From NCBI RefSeq assembly GCF_000039765.1, contig NC_004460.2, positions 810,001 to 842,000 of the forward strand: a stretch of 32,000 bases of DNA, given 5' to 3'. Under the pieces are notes generated by a model. It was given only the letters and a program-made list of their open reading frames with translations, did no database searches and was not told where the DNA came from. Position numbers and translations under genes: made by a program. This DNA comes from Vibrio vulnificus CMCP6. GTDB lineage: Bacteria; Pseudomonadota; Gammaproteobacteria; Enterobacterales; Vibrionaceae. Positions within the stretch are counted from its first letter, which is position 1. Each line of letters begins with the position of its first letter. Below, one piece after another: positions 9,176-18,097 of the stretch.

Positions 9176-10056
9176 TGCCAATCGGTCGATTGTGCATACT
9201 CTTCAACCCACCCAAGTAATTGCTTCGCCGCTTTCGACAGAACTTGGTTTTGTCGAACAATATAGCCAAAGTCGGTTGCAGGAAAATCCTCTAAATGCGT
9301 GACTTTCCTGCTTAACGTGGTTTTGGTATGCAAAGAGAAATCCGGCACAATCGCGGTGCCAAATCCGGCCTCCGCCCAGTCGATTTGCGCTTCGACACTC
9401 CCCACTTCCATCACTCGAAAACGAGGCAGATTCAATTTCGGCAAAGAGGCATCAATCAGCTCCCGAGTACGAGTATCGTGCCCGAGCAAGATGAGTGTCG
9501 GCTTGTCTTGCGCCTCCCATGCTTTCTCCAATAAATCATCACCAAATGCACACCATTTAATCTGAGTCAAAGGCGTGAAGTGCAGCGGTTGACTCTCTTT
9601 TTGTGCGATCACAAAACCAATATCAGCACGGGCACTTTTGACCAATTCGACAGCTTGAGAAGAGGTGGTATTGAACAAAGCCAAATCGATACCCGGATAG
9701 TCATTTTTGAAGCGTTGAAAAGGTTCAATCAGCAGCAAACGCGAAACAATGTCACTGGCTGCAATCGAGAGTGTCCCTTGCGTTAATTCATTGATGGCAT
9801 TGAGATCGGATTGGCAAATTTGCAGCTCATTGAGCATCAACTTGGCAGACTTTAACAATCGACGCCCCGCCGGCGTTAACTGAACCGGGTTTCGTTCGAT
9901 CAATTTTGCTTTGGTTGTCTGCTCTAGCTGTTTGATATGCAGGCTGACGTTGGGTTGTGTCATGTGCAGCTCGTTGGCGGTTTTGCCAAAATGTTTCACT
10001 TCCGCCAAGGTAATAAACGTCTTCAACCAATTTAGATCCAACACCGCAGACTCCAT
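9172..10056 (-). CDS. LysR family transcriptional regulator
   Basis: LNWLKTFITLAEVKHFGKTANELHMTQPNVSLHIKQLEQ HTH and LysR effector domain, 294 aa. Confidence 0.93.
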   Translation of the reverse strand: MESAVLDLNWLKTFITLAEVKHFGKTANELHMTQPNVSLHIKQLEQTTKAKLIERNPVQLTPAGRRLLKSAKLMLNELQICQSDLNAINELTQGTLSIAASDIVSRLLLIEPFQRFKNDYPGIDLALFNTTSSQAVELVKSARADIGFVIAQKESQPLHFTPLTQIKWCAFGDDLLEKAWEAQDKPTLILLGHDTRTRELIDASLPKLNLPRFRVMEVGSVEAQIDWAEAGFGTAIVPDFSLHTKTTLSRKVTHLEDFPATDFGYIVRQNQVLSKAAKQLLGWVEEYAQSTDWH

Positions 10057-10148
10057 ATGAGTTTCTTATTGACTTGATGAGTATAATTAATTTCTCTTAT
10101 TAAGACTATCACCCTAAGATGCTTTGGTCTTATTTCGGAGGAATTGTC

Positions 10149-11405
10149 ATGACGTCTATCGTTGTTGTGGGTGCAAACTGGGGTGATGAAGGCAAAGGCC
10201 GCATCGTTGATTTTCTAGCAGAAAACGCAGCGGCTAGCGTACGTTTCCAAGGTGGAAACAACGCAGGTCATACCGTAGTGAACCATTTTGGTACATTCAA
10301 ACTTCATCAACTGCCTAGTGGTGTCTTCAACCCAGGTTGCCTCGCGGTGCTTGGCCCTGGCATGGTAATTAGCCCAGCGCTGCTTACTCAGGAATTGGCG
10401 GAAGTTGAACAATCTGGCGTGAAAGTGAATCTGTGTATTTCTGATCGTGCAACGCTGTGTCTACCGCTTCACGCACTAGAAGATACCCTAGAAGAACAGC
10501 GCCTAGGCGACAAGGCTTACGGTTCCACTCGTCAAGGTATTGCTCCTGCTTACGGTGATCGTGTGATGAAAAAAGGCATTCTGCTGGGCTGGCTAAAACA
10601 ACCTGAAGTATTGGTCGAGCGTCTGCAATTTATGTTGGATTGGAAACTGCCACAACTACGTGCACTCTACCCTGAGTTCAAATTTGAACAAACGGCGCAA
10701 GAGATGGCCGATTGGCTACTTGAGGTATCTGCCCCTTGGCGTGATGCGATTTGTAACGTGTCCGTCCCTCTCAAAGCACTGCAAGCGGAAAAGCAAAACC
10801 TACTTTTTGAAGCGCAACTGGGTGCTGGCCGTGATCTCGTCTATGGTGAATACCCTTGGACAACCTCTTCCAACGTGGTTTCTGCGTACGCAGGCATTGG
10901 CAGTGGTTTACCAGCCCTTCGCCCAGAGCGCGTTATCGCTGTCGCTAAAGCCTTCAGCTCATCTGTTGGTACAGGTACGCTGATCACAGCAATGGAAGAA
11001 CAAGACGCCTTCCGTGAAGCGGCGAACGAGTTCGGTGCAACAACCGGTCGCCCTCGCGATATGGGCTACTTTGATGCCGTAGCCACCCAAAATGGGGTTG
11101 AGCTACAAGCGGCAACCGAGATCGCTCTAACCAAACTGGATTGTTTGACTGGCCTTGACGATCTGAAAATCTGTGTGGCTTACCAAGGCGATCACAGTGA
11201 GAACCCAATTTGGCCTCAAACCGCAGCATTAGCACCAGTTTACGAGAAAATGCCAAGCTGGAGCGAAGACATCACCGCCTGCCGTCGTTTTGAAGATCTG
11301 CCTCAAGCCGCTCAGCAATATGTGTTGCGCATTGAAGAACTGATGGGCGTTCCAGTGAGTATGGTCTCTGTTGGCCCTGGTCGTGAGCAAATGATCCTAC
11401 GTTAA
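10149..11405 (+). CDS. purA: Adenylosuccinate synthetase-like protein (divergent PurA paralog)
   Basis: MTSIVVVGANWGDEGKGRIVDFLAENAAASVRFQGGNNAGHTVV...GATTGRPRDMGYFDAVA...ALTKLDCLTGLDDLKICVAY...MILR. Start moved from the track's 10119 to the ATG at 10149 (GGAGG 6 nt upstream). Confidence 0.9.
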   Translation: MTSIVVVGANWGDEGKGRIVDFLAENAAASVRFQGGNNAGHTVVNHFGTFKLHQLPSGVFNPGCLAVLGPGMVISPALLTQELAEVEQSGVKVNLCISDRATLCLPLHALEDTLEEQRLGDKAYGSTRQGIAPAYGDRVMKKGILLGWLKQPEVLVERLQFMLDWKLPQLRALYPEFKFEQTAQEMADWLLEVSAPWRDAICNVSVPLKALQAEKQNLLFEAQLGAGRDLVYGEYPWTTSSNVVSAYAGIGSGLPALRPERVIAVAKAFSSSVGTGTLITAMEEQDAFREAANEFGATTGRPRDMGYFDAVATQNGVELQAATEIALTKLDCLTGLDDLKICVAYQGDHSENPIWPQTAALAPVYEKMPSWSEDITACRRFEDLPQAAQQYVLRIEELMGVPVSMVSVGPGREQMILR

Positions 11406-11421
11406 TGGACAGTCAATGACT

Positions 11422-11450
11422 AAAAAATCCGGGCTCGCCCGGATTTTTTT
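11422..11450. terminator. Rho-independent terminator, symmetrical
   Basis: AAAAAATCCGGGC-tc-GCCCGGATTTTTTT. Confidence 0.92.
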
Positions 11451-11457
11451 GTTTTTG

Positions 11458-11482
11458 ATCTCTAGAGTCTGTTTCTAGAGAT
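11458..11482. repeat. 9-bp inverted repeat upstream of the peroxiredoxin gene
   Basis: ATCTCTAGA-gtctgtt-TCTAGAGAT. Confidence 0.75.
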
Positions 11483-11602
11483 AAACGCATTCATCGAGTC
11501 GGAGATCACTATCTCGATTAACCCCGCTTTTCATCCGTTTTTAACTTGTTGATTTCGTACTACACTGCTTGAGAACTCAATTCGTCAAACAAGGACAATA
11601 AC

Positions 11603-12076
11603 ATGATCGCTCAAGGCCAAACTTTACCTAACGCTACACTGAGCCAACTAACTAAAGAGGGAATGGTCCACCACCCTGTTTTAGAGCTGTTTGCTGGCAA
11701 AAAAGTCGTGCTTTTCGCCGTACCTGGGGCGTTCACGCCAACCTGTTCAGAAGCACATTTACCGGGTTATATCGTACTGGCCGATCAACTTAAGGCGAAA
11801 GGCGTCGATCTGATTGCCTGCGTTTCTGTCAACGATGCGTTTGTGATGAAAGCCTGGGGTGAAGCACAAAATGCGGAAGAAATTCTAATGTTGGCGGATG
11901 GCGACGCGAGCTTTACCAAAGCACTCGGCTTGGAAATGGATACCGCTGGTTTTGGTGGCCTTCGCTCTCAACGCTACGCGATGATTATCGACAATGGCGT
12001 AGTCACAACCCTCAATGTGGAAGCGCCTAAATCATTTGAAGTGAGTAACGCTGAAACGATTCTTGCCGCGCTTTAA
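11603..12076 (+). CDS. Peroxiredoxin, Prx5-type redoxin
   Basis: KKVVLFAVPGAFTPTCSEAHLPGYI...ACVSVNDAFVMKAWG peroxidatic Cys motif. Confidence 0.94.
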   Translation: MIAQGQTLPNATLSQLTKEGMVHHPVLELFAGKKVVLFAVPGAFTPTCSEAHLPGYIVLADQLKAKGVDLIACVSVNDAFVMKAWGEAQNAEEILMLADGDASFTKALGLEMDTAGFGGLRSQRYAMIIDNGVVTTLNVEAPKSFEVSNAETILAAL

Positions 12077-12094
12077 GCCGCATAAGTCCAAAAC

Positions 12095-12123
12095 AAAACG
12101 CAAGCTCTGACGCTTGCGTTTTT
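12095..12123. terminator. Rho-independent terminator
   Basis: AAAACGCAAGC-tctgac-GCTTGCGTTTTT between convergent genes. Confidence 0.88.
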
Positions 12124-12161
12124 ATCTGGTTGCTCATCGGTAGCTAACGATTACTCAGCGA

Positions 12162-12776
12162 TTACACCGTCAGCACCACACGCGCTGCCAGCAAAATCAG
12201 CACCACGCCTGACAGGCGATCGATCAACTGTGCTTTGGAGCGAATTTTGTCCACCACTTTTGAGCTCGATAACACCAAGGTGATAAAGGTATACCAGAGG
12301 CCATCAACGATAAATGGCGTCGCTACGATAATCACTTGATTACTCAACTCATTCCCCAGTGCTACAAACTGGCTAAACAGTGCGATGAAAAATAGCGCAA
12401 TTTTCGGACTGAGAATAGAAATCAAAAAGCCTTCTTTGGCCGACTGCAAAACCGTCGTTTGCTCCCCCGATTCCAACTTGGCCGCCACACCGCCTTTAGA
12501 GCGCAACGCGTTGTAACCCAAGTAGGCTAAATAGCCCGCACCTGCGTAACTAATGGTTTTGAACAAGAGTGGGGATTGCTGTAACACCACCGCCAAACCA
12601 ATTAAGGTCACGAAAGCGTATATCCCAATGCCAAAAGCGTGTGCCCAACTGGTGGCCAAACCATTCGCTCGCCCACCCGCTAACGCATGCTTAGCGACAA
12701 TCGCTAAACTTGGCCCCGGCGACATCGCGCCCAAAATGCAGATCGTAAAAAGTGATAACCAAACTGTGAATGTCAT
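12162..12776 (-). CDS. LysE family amino acid exporter/translocator
   Basis: MTFTVWLSLFTICILGAMSPGPSLAIVAKHALAGGRANGLATSWAHAFGIG; AGGAG upstream of the ATG at 12776 (track start 12809 is likely too long). Confidence 0.92.
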   Translation of the reverse strand: MTFTVWLSLFTICILGAMSPGPSLAIVAKHALAGGRANGLATSWAHAFGIGIYAFVTLIGLAVVLQQSPLLFKTISYAGAGYLAYLGYNALRSKGGVAAKLESGEQTTVLQSAKEGFLISILSPKIALFFIALFSQFVALGNELSNQVIIVATPFIVDGLWYTFITLVLSSSKVVDKIRSKAQLIDRLSGVVLILLAARVVLTV

Positions 12777-12833
12777 AATCTTCTCCTGTGATGATTCACA
12801 GTAAGCCAATTTTTAAATGAACTGAAATCAAAC

Positions 12834-13775
12834 TTAATCATGATTGCCATGATTTGAAATCATACCGATTGAATACTCGCAACTCAGCATGACGCGGGTT
12901 ACCCTCTCTCGTACCCATCGATGGGCTGAGTCATGATCGTATTTGGGATGCCACATTAGCCAATATTGATGAATTTCCGTTTCAAACGGCAATGGATAAT
13001 GGCAAATAGGTTGGCTCTTCGCCAAGTTCACTGCGATATGCTCAGGCACCACCATCATGTAATCGCTTTGAATCAGGACGTTCACCGCAGCGGAAAAGAA
13101 AGGCACTTGTAATGCAATGTGCCGTGTTTTGCCCAACTTTCTTAATACACTGTCGGTCGCGGAGTCCTTGTCACCACCGCCAGTCACTTTAATGTGCGAG
13201 TAGCGCAGCATGTCTTCCAAGCTCAACGCCGCTTTGCCCGATAGTGGATGGCCTTGACGCATCACACACACCGAGTAGTCTTCGCCGATTTTCGTGTAGG
13301 AAAGCTCTTTGGGAGGAGAAGGCAACATGGTCGATGCCAAATGAATGCCCGTGTCGAGCAAGCTGTCTAAATATTGTGGCTGCCAAAGCCGGTAGGACAA
13401 TGTCAGACGCGGGGCCTGCTCTATCAGAACGCGAGAGAGCGTCGGTACAATGAACTGCGCAACATAATCGCTCGACGAAAGCACCAATTGCCCCTGCCAG
13501 TCTTGCGGGTTAAATGCCTGATGATCAAAGAGATGTTCAAACTCACCCAGTAACTGCACTAATTTAGGCCGTAGCACTTCGGCATGTGGCGTAGCAACAA
13601 GTCGGTTACCTTCTCTGACCAAAAGAGGGTCAGAGCACAGCTCTCGTAACTGGGCCAACTGTCGACTCATCGCGGACTGTGTAATGTGTAATCTGTCGGC
13701 CGCTCGGCTAACATGACACTCTTCGAGCAACACGAGCAAAGAACGCAGTAAATTGAGGTTGATGTTGTTGAGCAT
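12834..13775 (-). CDS. LysR family transcriptional regulator
   Basis: NLNLLRSLLVLLEECHVSRAADRLHITQSAMSRQLAQLREL HTH. Confidence 0.93.
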   Translation of the reverse strand: MLNNINLNLLRSLLVLLEECHVSRAADRLHITQSAMSRQLAQLRELCSDPLLVREGNRLVATPHAEVLRPKLVQLLGEFEHLFDHQAFNPQDWQGQLVLSSSDYVAQFIVPTLSRVLIEQAPRLTLSYRLWQPQYLDSLLDTGIHLASTMLPSPPKELSYTKIGEDYSVCVMRQGHPLSGKAALSLEDMLRYSHIKVTGGGDKDSATDSVLRKLGKTRHIALQVPFFSAAVNVLIQSDYMMVVPEHIAVNLAKSQPICHYPLPFETEIHQYWLMWHPKYDHDSAHRWVRERVTRVMLSCEYSIGMISNHGNHD

Positions 13776-13777
13776 AA

Positions 13778-14227
13778 TCAGGACACTTTGGTGGTATTAA
13801 AGAACTCCGTCAGTACCGTATGAGTAATAACGTGTTTCAGTTCTGGGAAGGCTTGTAACTGCTCTCTGATCTGGTTCAACCGTGTCATGGTCGTCACCTC
13901 CACATAGAGCATCATGTCCGTTTCACCACTGATCGCGTGGCACCACTTCACCCCATCGATAAGATAAATTTCCTTGGCATACGCTTCGCAATGATGGCTC
14001 GAAGCCGAAGTATCAAACTTCAACGCCAGATAGGCGGCAATTTTTTCGCTGGCGTTCTCCTGCGCGATATCAGCGTGGTAACCCAAGATCACCCCATCAC
14101 TTTCCAACTTTTTGATTCTGGCCGTCACGGCAGAACGCGACAGATTGACCGCCTTCGCCATGTCAGTCACAGAGCTACGTGCATCGTTTCTCAGTATGGT
14201 GAGGAGTTGTTTATCAAATTTATCCAT
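13778..14227 (-). CDS. Lrp/AsnC family transcriptional regulator
   Basis: MDKFDKQLLTILRNDARSSVTDMAKAVNLSRSAVTARIKKLESDGVILGYHADI plus RAM-like C-terminus. Confidence 0.93.
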   Translation of the reverse strand: MDKFDKQLLTILRNDARSSVTDMAKAVNLSRSAVTARIKKLESDGVILGYHADIAQENASEKIAAYLALKFDTSASSHHCEAYAKEIYLIDGVKWCHAISGETDMMLYVEVTTMTRLNQIREQLQAFPELKHVITHTVLTEFFNTTKVS

Positions 14228-14482
14228 TTCTTCTCTGTGGTTAGCGTCCCTAATCTCTCTCCCATTCTACTCACAACGCTCAATTAGTGAAGCAATGAAA
14301 ATCCATTTGACTCTGCTTGCCCTAACCGTCACTTTGACGGCAATTAACAACAAAAGCGTCAAAATGTCGGTGCACAACATCACTTTGCTAGCTGCCATTT
14401 TCTGCAAAAGTCGATATGCTTGGTTAACGCTTTCATTCTCATAATTATTCATTTTCTATGGAAGCGGCACAGGGAGCGTGTC

Positions 14483-15736
14483 ATGAGTGAACTCAAACAA
14501 GAAATTACACTGTTGTCAGGAATTGGCCAGTTATCCACCACCTTGATGGGAACCGGATTGTTTATGATCCCCGCCATCGCCGCCAGTATTGCCGGTCAAT
14601 ATTCCCTCTGGGCTTGGTTGTTTCTGTTTGTGCTTATTTGCCCTGTGGCCCTCACCTTTGCTCAACTGGGCAAACGCTACCCCAACGCCGGTGGTACGGC
14701 TTATTTTGTTCGCCAAGCGTTTGATAAACGCTTAGAAAGCGCGGTGGCATGGCTGTTTGTCTCCGTGATCCCCGTCGGGGTTCCCGCTGCGATTGCGCTC
14801 GCTGCTGGCTTTTTGCAGCAGTTACTGCCTAGCGCACTCAATCACGCCTTGATAGCTCAATTGATCACCGTTGCGTTATTAGTGGCGGTCAACTTGCTCG
14901 GCGCTCGCTCTTCCGGACACTTACAAACGCTGATTGCTCTGGCTATTTTCGCGCTTGTTGGTGCTTTCTTATGGCGCGGGGAAGTCAGTGTCGAGGATTT
15001 GCACATGCCCATTTTTACCAGCGACTCGCTCCTGCCTATTGGCGCAGCTCTGGCGGTGATGTTTTGGTGCTTTGTCGGCATTGAAGCCTTTGCTCATATG
15101 GGGGAAGAGTTTAAAAATCCACAACGTGATTTTCCCATTGCCATCGTCATTGGCTGTTTTGTCGCCGGTGCGACGTACTGGGCATGCTCGGTGGTGATAC
15201 TCAAATTCGGTGCTTACGGCAGTGCTGAGTTTGACAGTGCTTCGATCCCTTGGCTGAGTGAACAACTGTTTGGTACGCAAGTCAAAACACTGATCAGTCT
15301 GATTGGCTTTTCGGCCTGTTTTGCCAGCATCAATCTCTATACCCAAAGCCTCTCACGCATGATCTGGGCGCAAGCGAGAGAACATAATCCGAGTGGAAAA
15401 ATGGCAAAAATTTCCCGTCGCGGCGTGCCCATCAACGCAACCTTAGTGGTGGGGTTGGTTTTGGCACTCGCCTGTCTTGTTGGCGAAATCTCTGGGCTCG
15501 ATTTAGAGTTTTTCCTTAAATTAGCCAACAGCGTTTTTGTGTTGATCTATCTGCTTGCCATGCTGGCCGCCTTCAAACTGCTGAACGGCCATGCTAAGTG
15601 GCTTGCCGGCGTCTCATTGATACTCTGCTCGTTGGTGTTTGTTTGTCTTGGTTGGTCAATGCTGTATGCACTGAGTGTTTTTGCTCTGTTTTTTCTACAA
15701 GCGAAAAAGCAAATGAACAAGGCTGAGTCGGTTTAA
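14483..15736 (+). CDS. yjeH: APC-type amino acid permease, YjeH-like (L-methionine/branched-chain amino acid exporter)
   Basis: MSELKQEITLLSGIGQLSTTLMGTGLFMIPAIAASIAGQYSLWAW...; ATG at 14483 preceded by GGGAG. Track start 14420 is too long. Confidence 0.88.
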   Translation: MSELKQEITLLSGIGQLSTTLMGTGLFMIPAIAASIAGQYSLWAWLFLFVLICPVALTFAQLGKRYPNAGGTAYFVRQAFDKRLESAVAWLFVSVIPVGVPAAIALAAGFLQQLLPSALNHALIAQLITVALLVAVNLLGARSSGHLQTLIALAIFALVGAFLWRGEVSVEDLHMPIFTSDSLLPIGAALAVMFWCFVGIEAFAHMGEEFKNPQRDFPIAIVIGCFVAGATYWACSVVILKFGAYGSAEFDSASIPWLSEQLFGTQVKTLISLIGFSACFASINLYTQSLSRMIWAQAREHNPSGKMAKISRRGVPINATLVVGLVLALACLVGEISGLDLEFFLKLANSVFVLIYLLAMLAAFKLLNGHAKWLAGVSLILCSLVFVCLGWSMLYALSVFALFFLQAKKQMNKAESV

Positions 15737-15749
15737 CTCAGCCAATAAG

Positions 15750-16511
15750 TTACGCGATCGGATAGCTAGTCACCGCGCTACCTTGAATGTGGGTGATGGT
15801 TTGGGGCGCAATCACTTGCCAGCGACACTGGCCGTCCAATGGTTCCGACGCGAGGATGATCGAATCTTGGCAATCTTGAATAAACACCGTCGGTGGGTCG
15901 CCTGCCGAAGCGTATCTTATGACCCAAAACTCGTCACCGTTTGAGATGCAAATGGACGCTTTAAACGGCTCTGTGATCGCTTTTTCTTGCATGGTTTGAT
16001 TCACTTCGCCAATCGTCTGTCGAATGGCGTTTAAGGGATCATGCTGAAGCCCATTTTTCATCATCAACAAAAAGATCAACTCGCTGTCAGTGGTTCCACG
16101 ACGTTTGAGATAAATGGCTTCGGGCAGTAACCGCTCTAAAGCAAACTTCACCGCGGCAAATTGACCTATCTGACCATTGTGCAAAAACATCCATTGCTCA
16201 AGGATAAATGGGTGGCAGTTGGAGCGTGATACCGAAGTGCCTGTCGATGAGCGGACGTGCGCCATAAAGCGATGAGAGCGAATGTGATGCGCTAATGAAC
16301 GCAGATTTTCGTCCCCCCAAGCGGGAAGCACCTCATGGAATTGCCCTGGCGTTGCCCGCTCGGTATACCAACCTAAACCAAAACCATCGGCATTGACGCG
16401 GGTGACCGCTTTTCTTGCTTCAAGACTTTGATGCACTAATGAATGTTCTGGCTCATAAACCAGTTTGTCGAGATAGATAGGCTCTCCTTGGTAGGCCAAC
16501 CAGCGACACAT
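15750..16511 (-). CDS. Class II glutamine amidotransferase (YafJ-like)
   Basis: N-terminal MCRWLAYQGEPIYL (Cys2), FGLGWYT, RSHRFMAHVRSSTG, NCHPF...WMFLHNGQI. Confidence 0.92.
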   Translation of the reverse strand: MCRWLAYQGEPIYLDKLVYEPEHSLVHQSLEARKAVTRVNADGFGLGWYTERATPGQFHEVLPAWGDENLRSLAHHIRSHRFMAHVRSSTGTSVSRSNCHPFILEQWMFLHNGQIGQFAAVKFALERLLPEAIYLKRRGTTDSELIFLLMMKNGLQHDPLNAIRQTIGEVNQTMQEKAITEPFKASICISNGDEFWVIRYASAGDPPTVFIQDCQDSIILASEPLDGQCRWQVIAPQTITHIQGSAVTSYPIA

Positions 16512-16523
16512 AAATTTGCTTCC

Positions 16524-17981
16524 TTATTGATGGGACGACATTTGCACAAACAAGCTTGCCAGTAGAGCGAGCTTGGCGTCAATCTCTTCCTCTGCCACAT
16601 TACCAAATCCCAATACCGCGCCCTGCCAATCTCGTTGCGCGCAGGCTTCACTTTCATAATAGCTTAAAGGACGAATCACAATGCCTTGGCGTAAAGCTGC
16701 GGCGGCCCACTGTTGCTCCGTAGGCCCTTGGAACCAACGTACGGTCACATGCAGCCCTGCGGCTTGGCTGATCACTTCCAAGCGCTGAGAAAAATGACGT
16801 TCAATGCCCGCCACCATCGTTTGGTACTTCTGCGCATAGAGGCGGCGCATCTTACGGATATGACGCATTAACGCGCCATCGGCGATAAATTCCGCCAACG
16901 CAGCTTGAGTATGTGTGGGCGAATCGCCACTCAAGGCATCTTTGATTTCACAGCCCCTATGCACCAGCTCAGGGGGCAAGACAAGGTAGCCAAGTCGCAA
17001 ACCGTTAAACATGATCTTGCTAAATGAACCAATATACATAACGCGATCACTGGCACCAATTTGGCTGGCTAGCCCTTGCAAGCTGGTATAGGGGCGATGA
17101 GCAAACTGGAACTCGCTGTCATAGTCATCTTCAATGATCCAGCACTGTTTCACTCGGGCCCACTCGATGATCTGCACTCTTTGCTCTGTGCTTAAGGTGG
17201 TGCCCATTGGGTATTGATTGCTCGGCGTCAGGTAGACAAAACGACATTCAGAAGCGAGCACATCGGCAACATCAATGCCACTTCTCACTGCGACGTTAAG
17301 GGGCTCCATCGGCATGCCCAATAAGCGGGCCACTTTACGCATTTGGCGGTAACCCGGTTGCTCCATTAACAGTGGATCGCTTGCTTCTTTTGCGCACATC
17401 AGCGCGATGGTTAAGGCCTGCTGTGCGCCAGAGGTAATGATGATTTGCTCAGCTTGGCATTTAACAGAGCGACTCGACGCCAAGTAATCGACCAAAGCGC
17501 ACCTGAGGGCGTAATCCCCTTTGACGATTTGATTGCCTAAGATGGTGCGCCGCGAATGTTGGCGTTGTAGATATTTTTGCCATTCAGGCAGCGGGAATTT
17601 TTCCAGATCCGGCACGCCGGGCGCAAAAGCTCGGTTAATCTTGATGGGTTCAGGCTCTGCCGCGAAGGCTGCCATGCTCTTTTCTTGGGCTGGTGAAATC
17701 GCCATTTCTCCTAGAAAGTGCTCTGGTAGCTCAACCACAACGTAGTAGCCCGCGCCAGCACGACTTTCAATGTAACCCTCCGCACAGAGTTGCTCGTACG
17801 CCGCGATGACGGTGTTGCGGCTCACATTGAGCGCCTGAGCTAACTTACGTGTGGCAGGCAAGCGCCCCTGCTTATTCCAAAGTCCGTGCGTGATTTTTTC
17901 TCGAATGGCGTTGTAAAGATCTTGCTGTAACACACCTGTTTTTGGCGTCAGTGTCAGATCGCCGATTTCAATCGGTAGCAT
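16524..17981 (-). CDS. MocR/PdxR-like regulator (GntR HTH fused to class I aminotransferase domain)
   Basis: LYNAIREKITHGLWNKQGRLPATRKLAQALNVSRNTVIAAYEQLCAEGYIESRAGAGYYV plus aminotransferase domain with YIGSFSKIMFNGLRLGYLV (PLP Lys). AAGGA upstream of the ATG at 17981. Confidence 0.93.
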   Translation of the reverse strand: MLPIEIGDLTLTPKTGVLQQDLYNAIREKITHGLWNKQGRLPATRKLAQALNVSRNTVIAAYEQLCAEGYIESRAGAGYYVVVELPEHFLGEMAISPAQEKSMAAFAAEPEPIKINRAFAPGVPDLEKFPLPEWQKYLQRQHSRRTILGNQIVKGDYALRCALVDYLASSRSVKCQAEQIIITSGAQQALTIALMCAKEASDPLLMEQPGYRQMRKVARLLGMPMEPLNVAVRSGIDVADVLASECRFVYLTPSNQYPMGTTLSTEQRVQIIEWARVKQCWIIEDDYDSEFQFAHRPYTSLQGLASQIGASDRVMYIGSFSKIMFNGLRLGYLVLPPELVHRGCEIKDALSGDSPTHTQAALAEFIADGALMRHIRKMRRLYAQKYQTMVAGIERHFSQRLEVISQAAGLHVTVRWFQGPTEQQWAAAALRQGIVIRPLSYYESEACAQRDWQGAVLGFGNVAEEEIDAKLALLASLFVQMSSHQ

Positions 17982-18097
17982 GGTCAGTCCTTTTTCCAAT
18001 TGGATCTAAACATAAATCAAAATTGGACCTTATAGCTAGACCAATTTGTCTTTATTGTTCGTGTCATCTAAGCACTTCGCACGAAAGGGAGAGAAGT

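Noticed and set aside
10149-11405. PurA paralog as a phage-type PurZ (2-aminoadenine/Z-genome pathway)
   Set aside because: The catalytic Asp in WGDEGKG is retained, whereas PurZ enzymes as I recall replace it. No phage genes, DatZ/MazZ-like or DpoZ-like genes are nearby.
14267-14452. Overlapping short ORFs between the Lrp and YjeH genes (- strand 61 aa; + strand MKIHLTLLALTVTLTAINNK...)
   Set aside because: Both are short, overlap each other, and have weak start context; the signal-peptide look of the + frame alone is not enough to call a gene.
14969-15346. 125-aa minus-strand ORF inside yjeH, and similar antisense ORFs in codA (29770..30201), purA (10984..11256), the MATE gene (2128..2502, + frame shift) and the HlyD-like gene (24038..24538)
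   Set aside because: All overlap strongly supported genes and show no family motifs or start signals.
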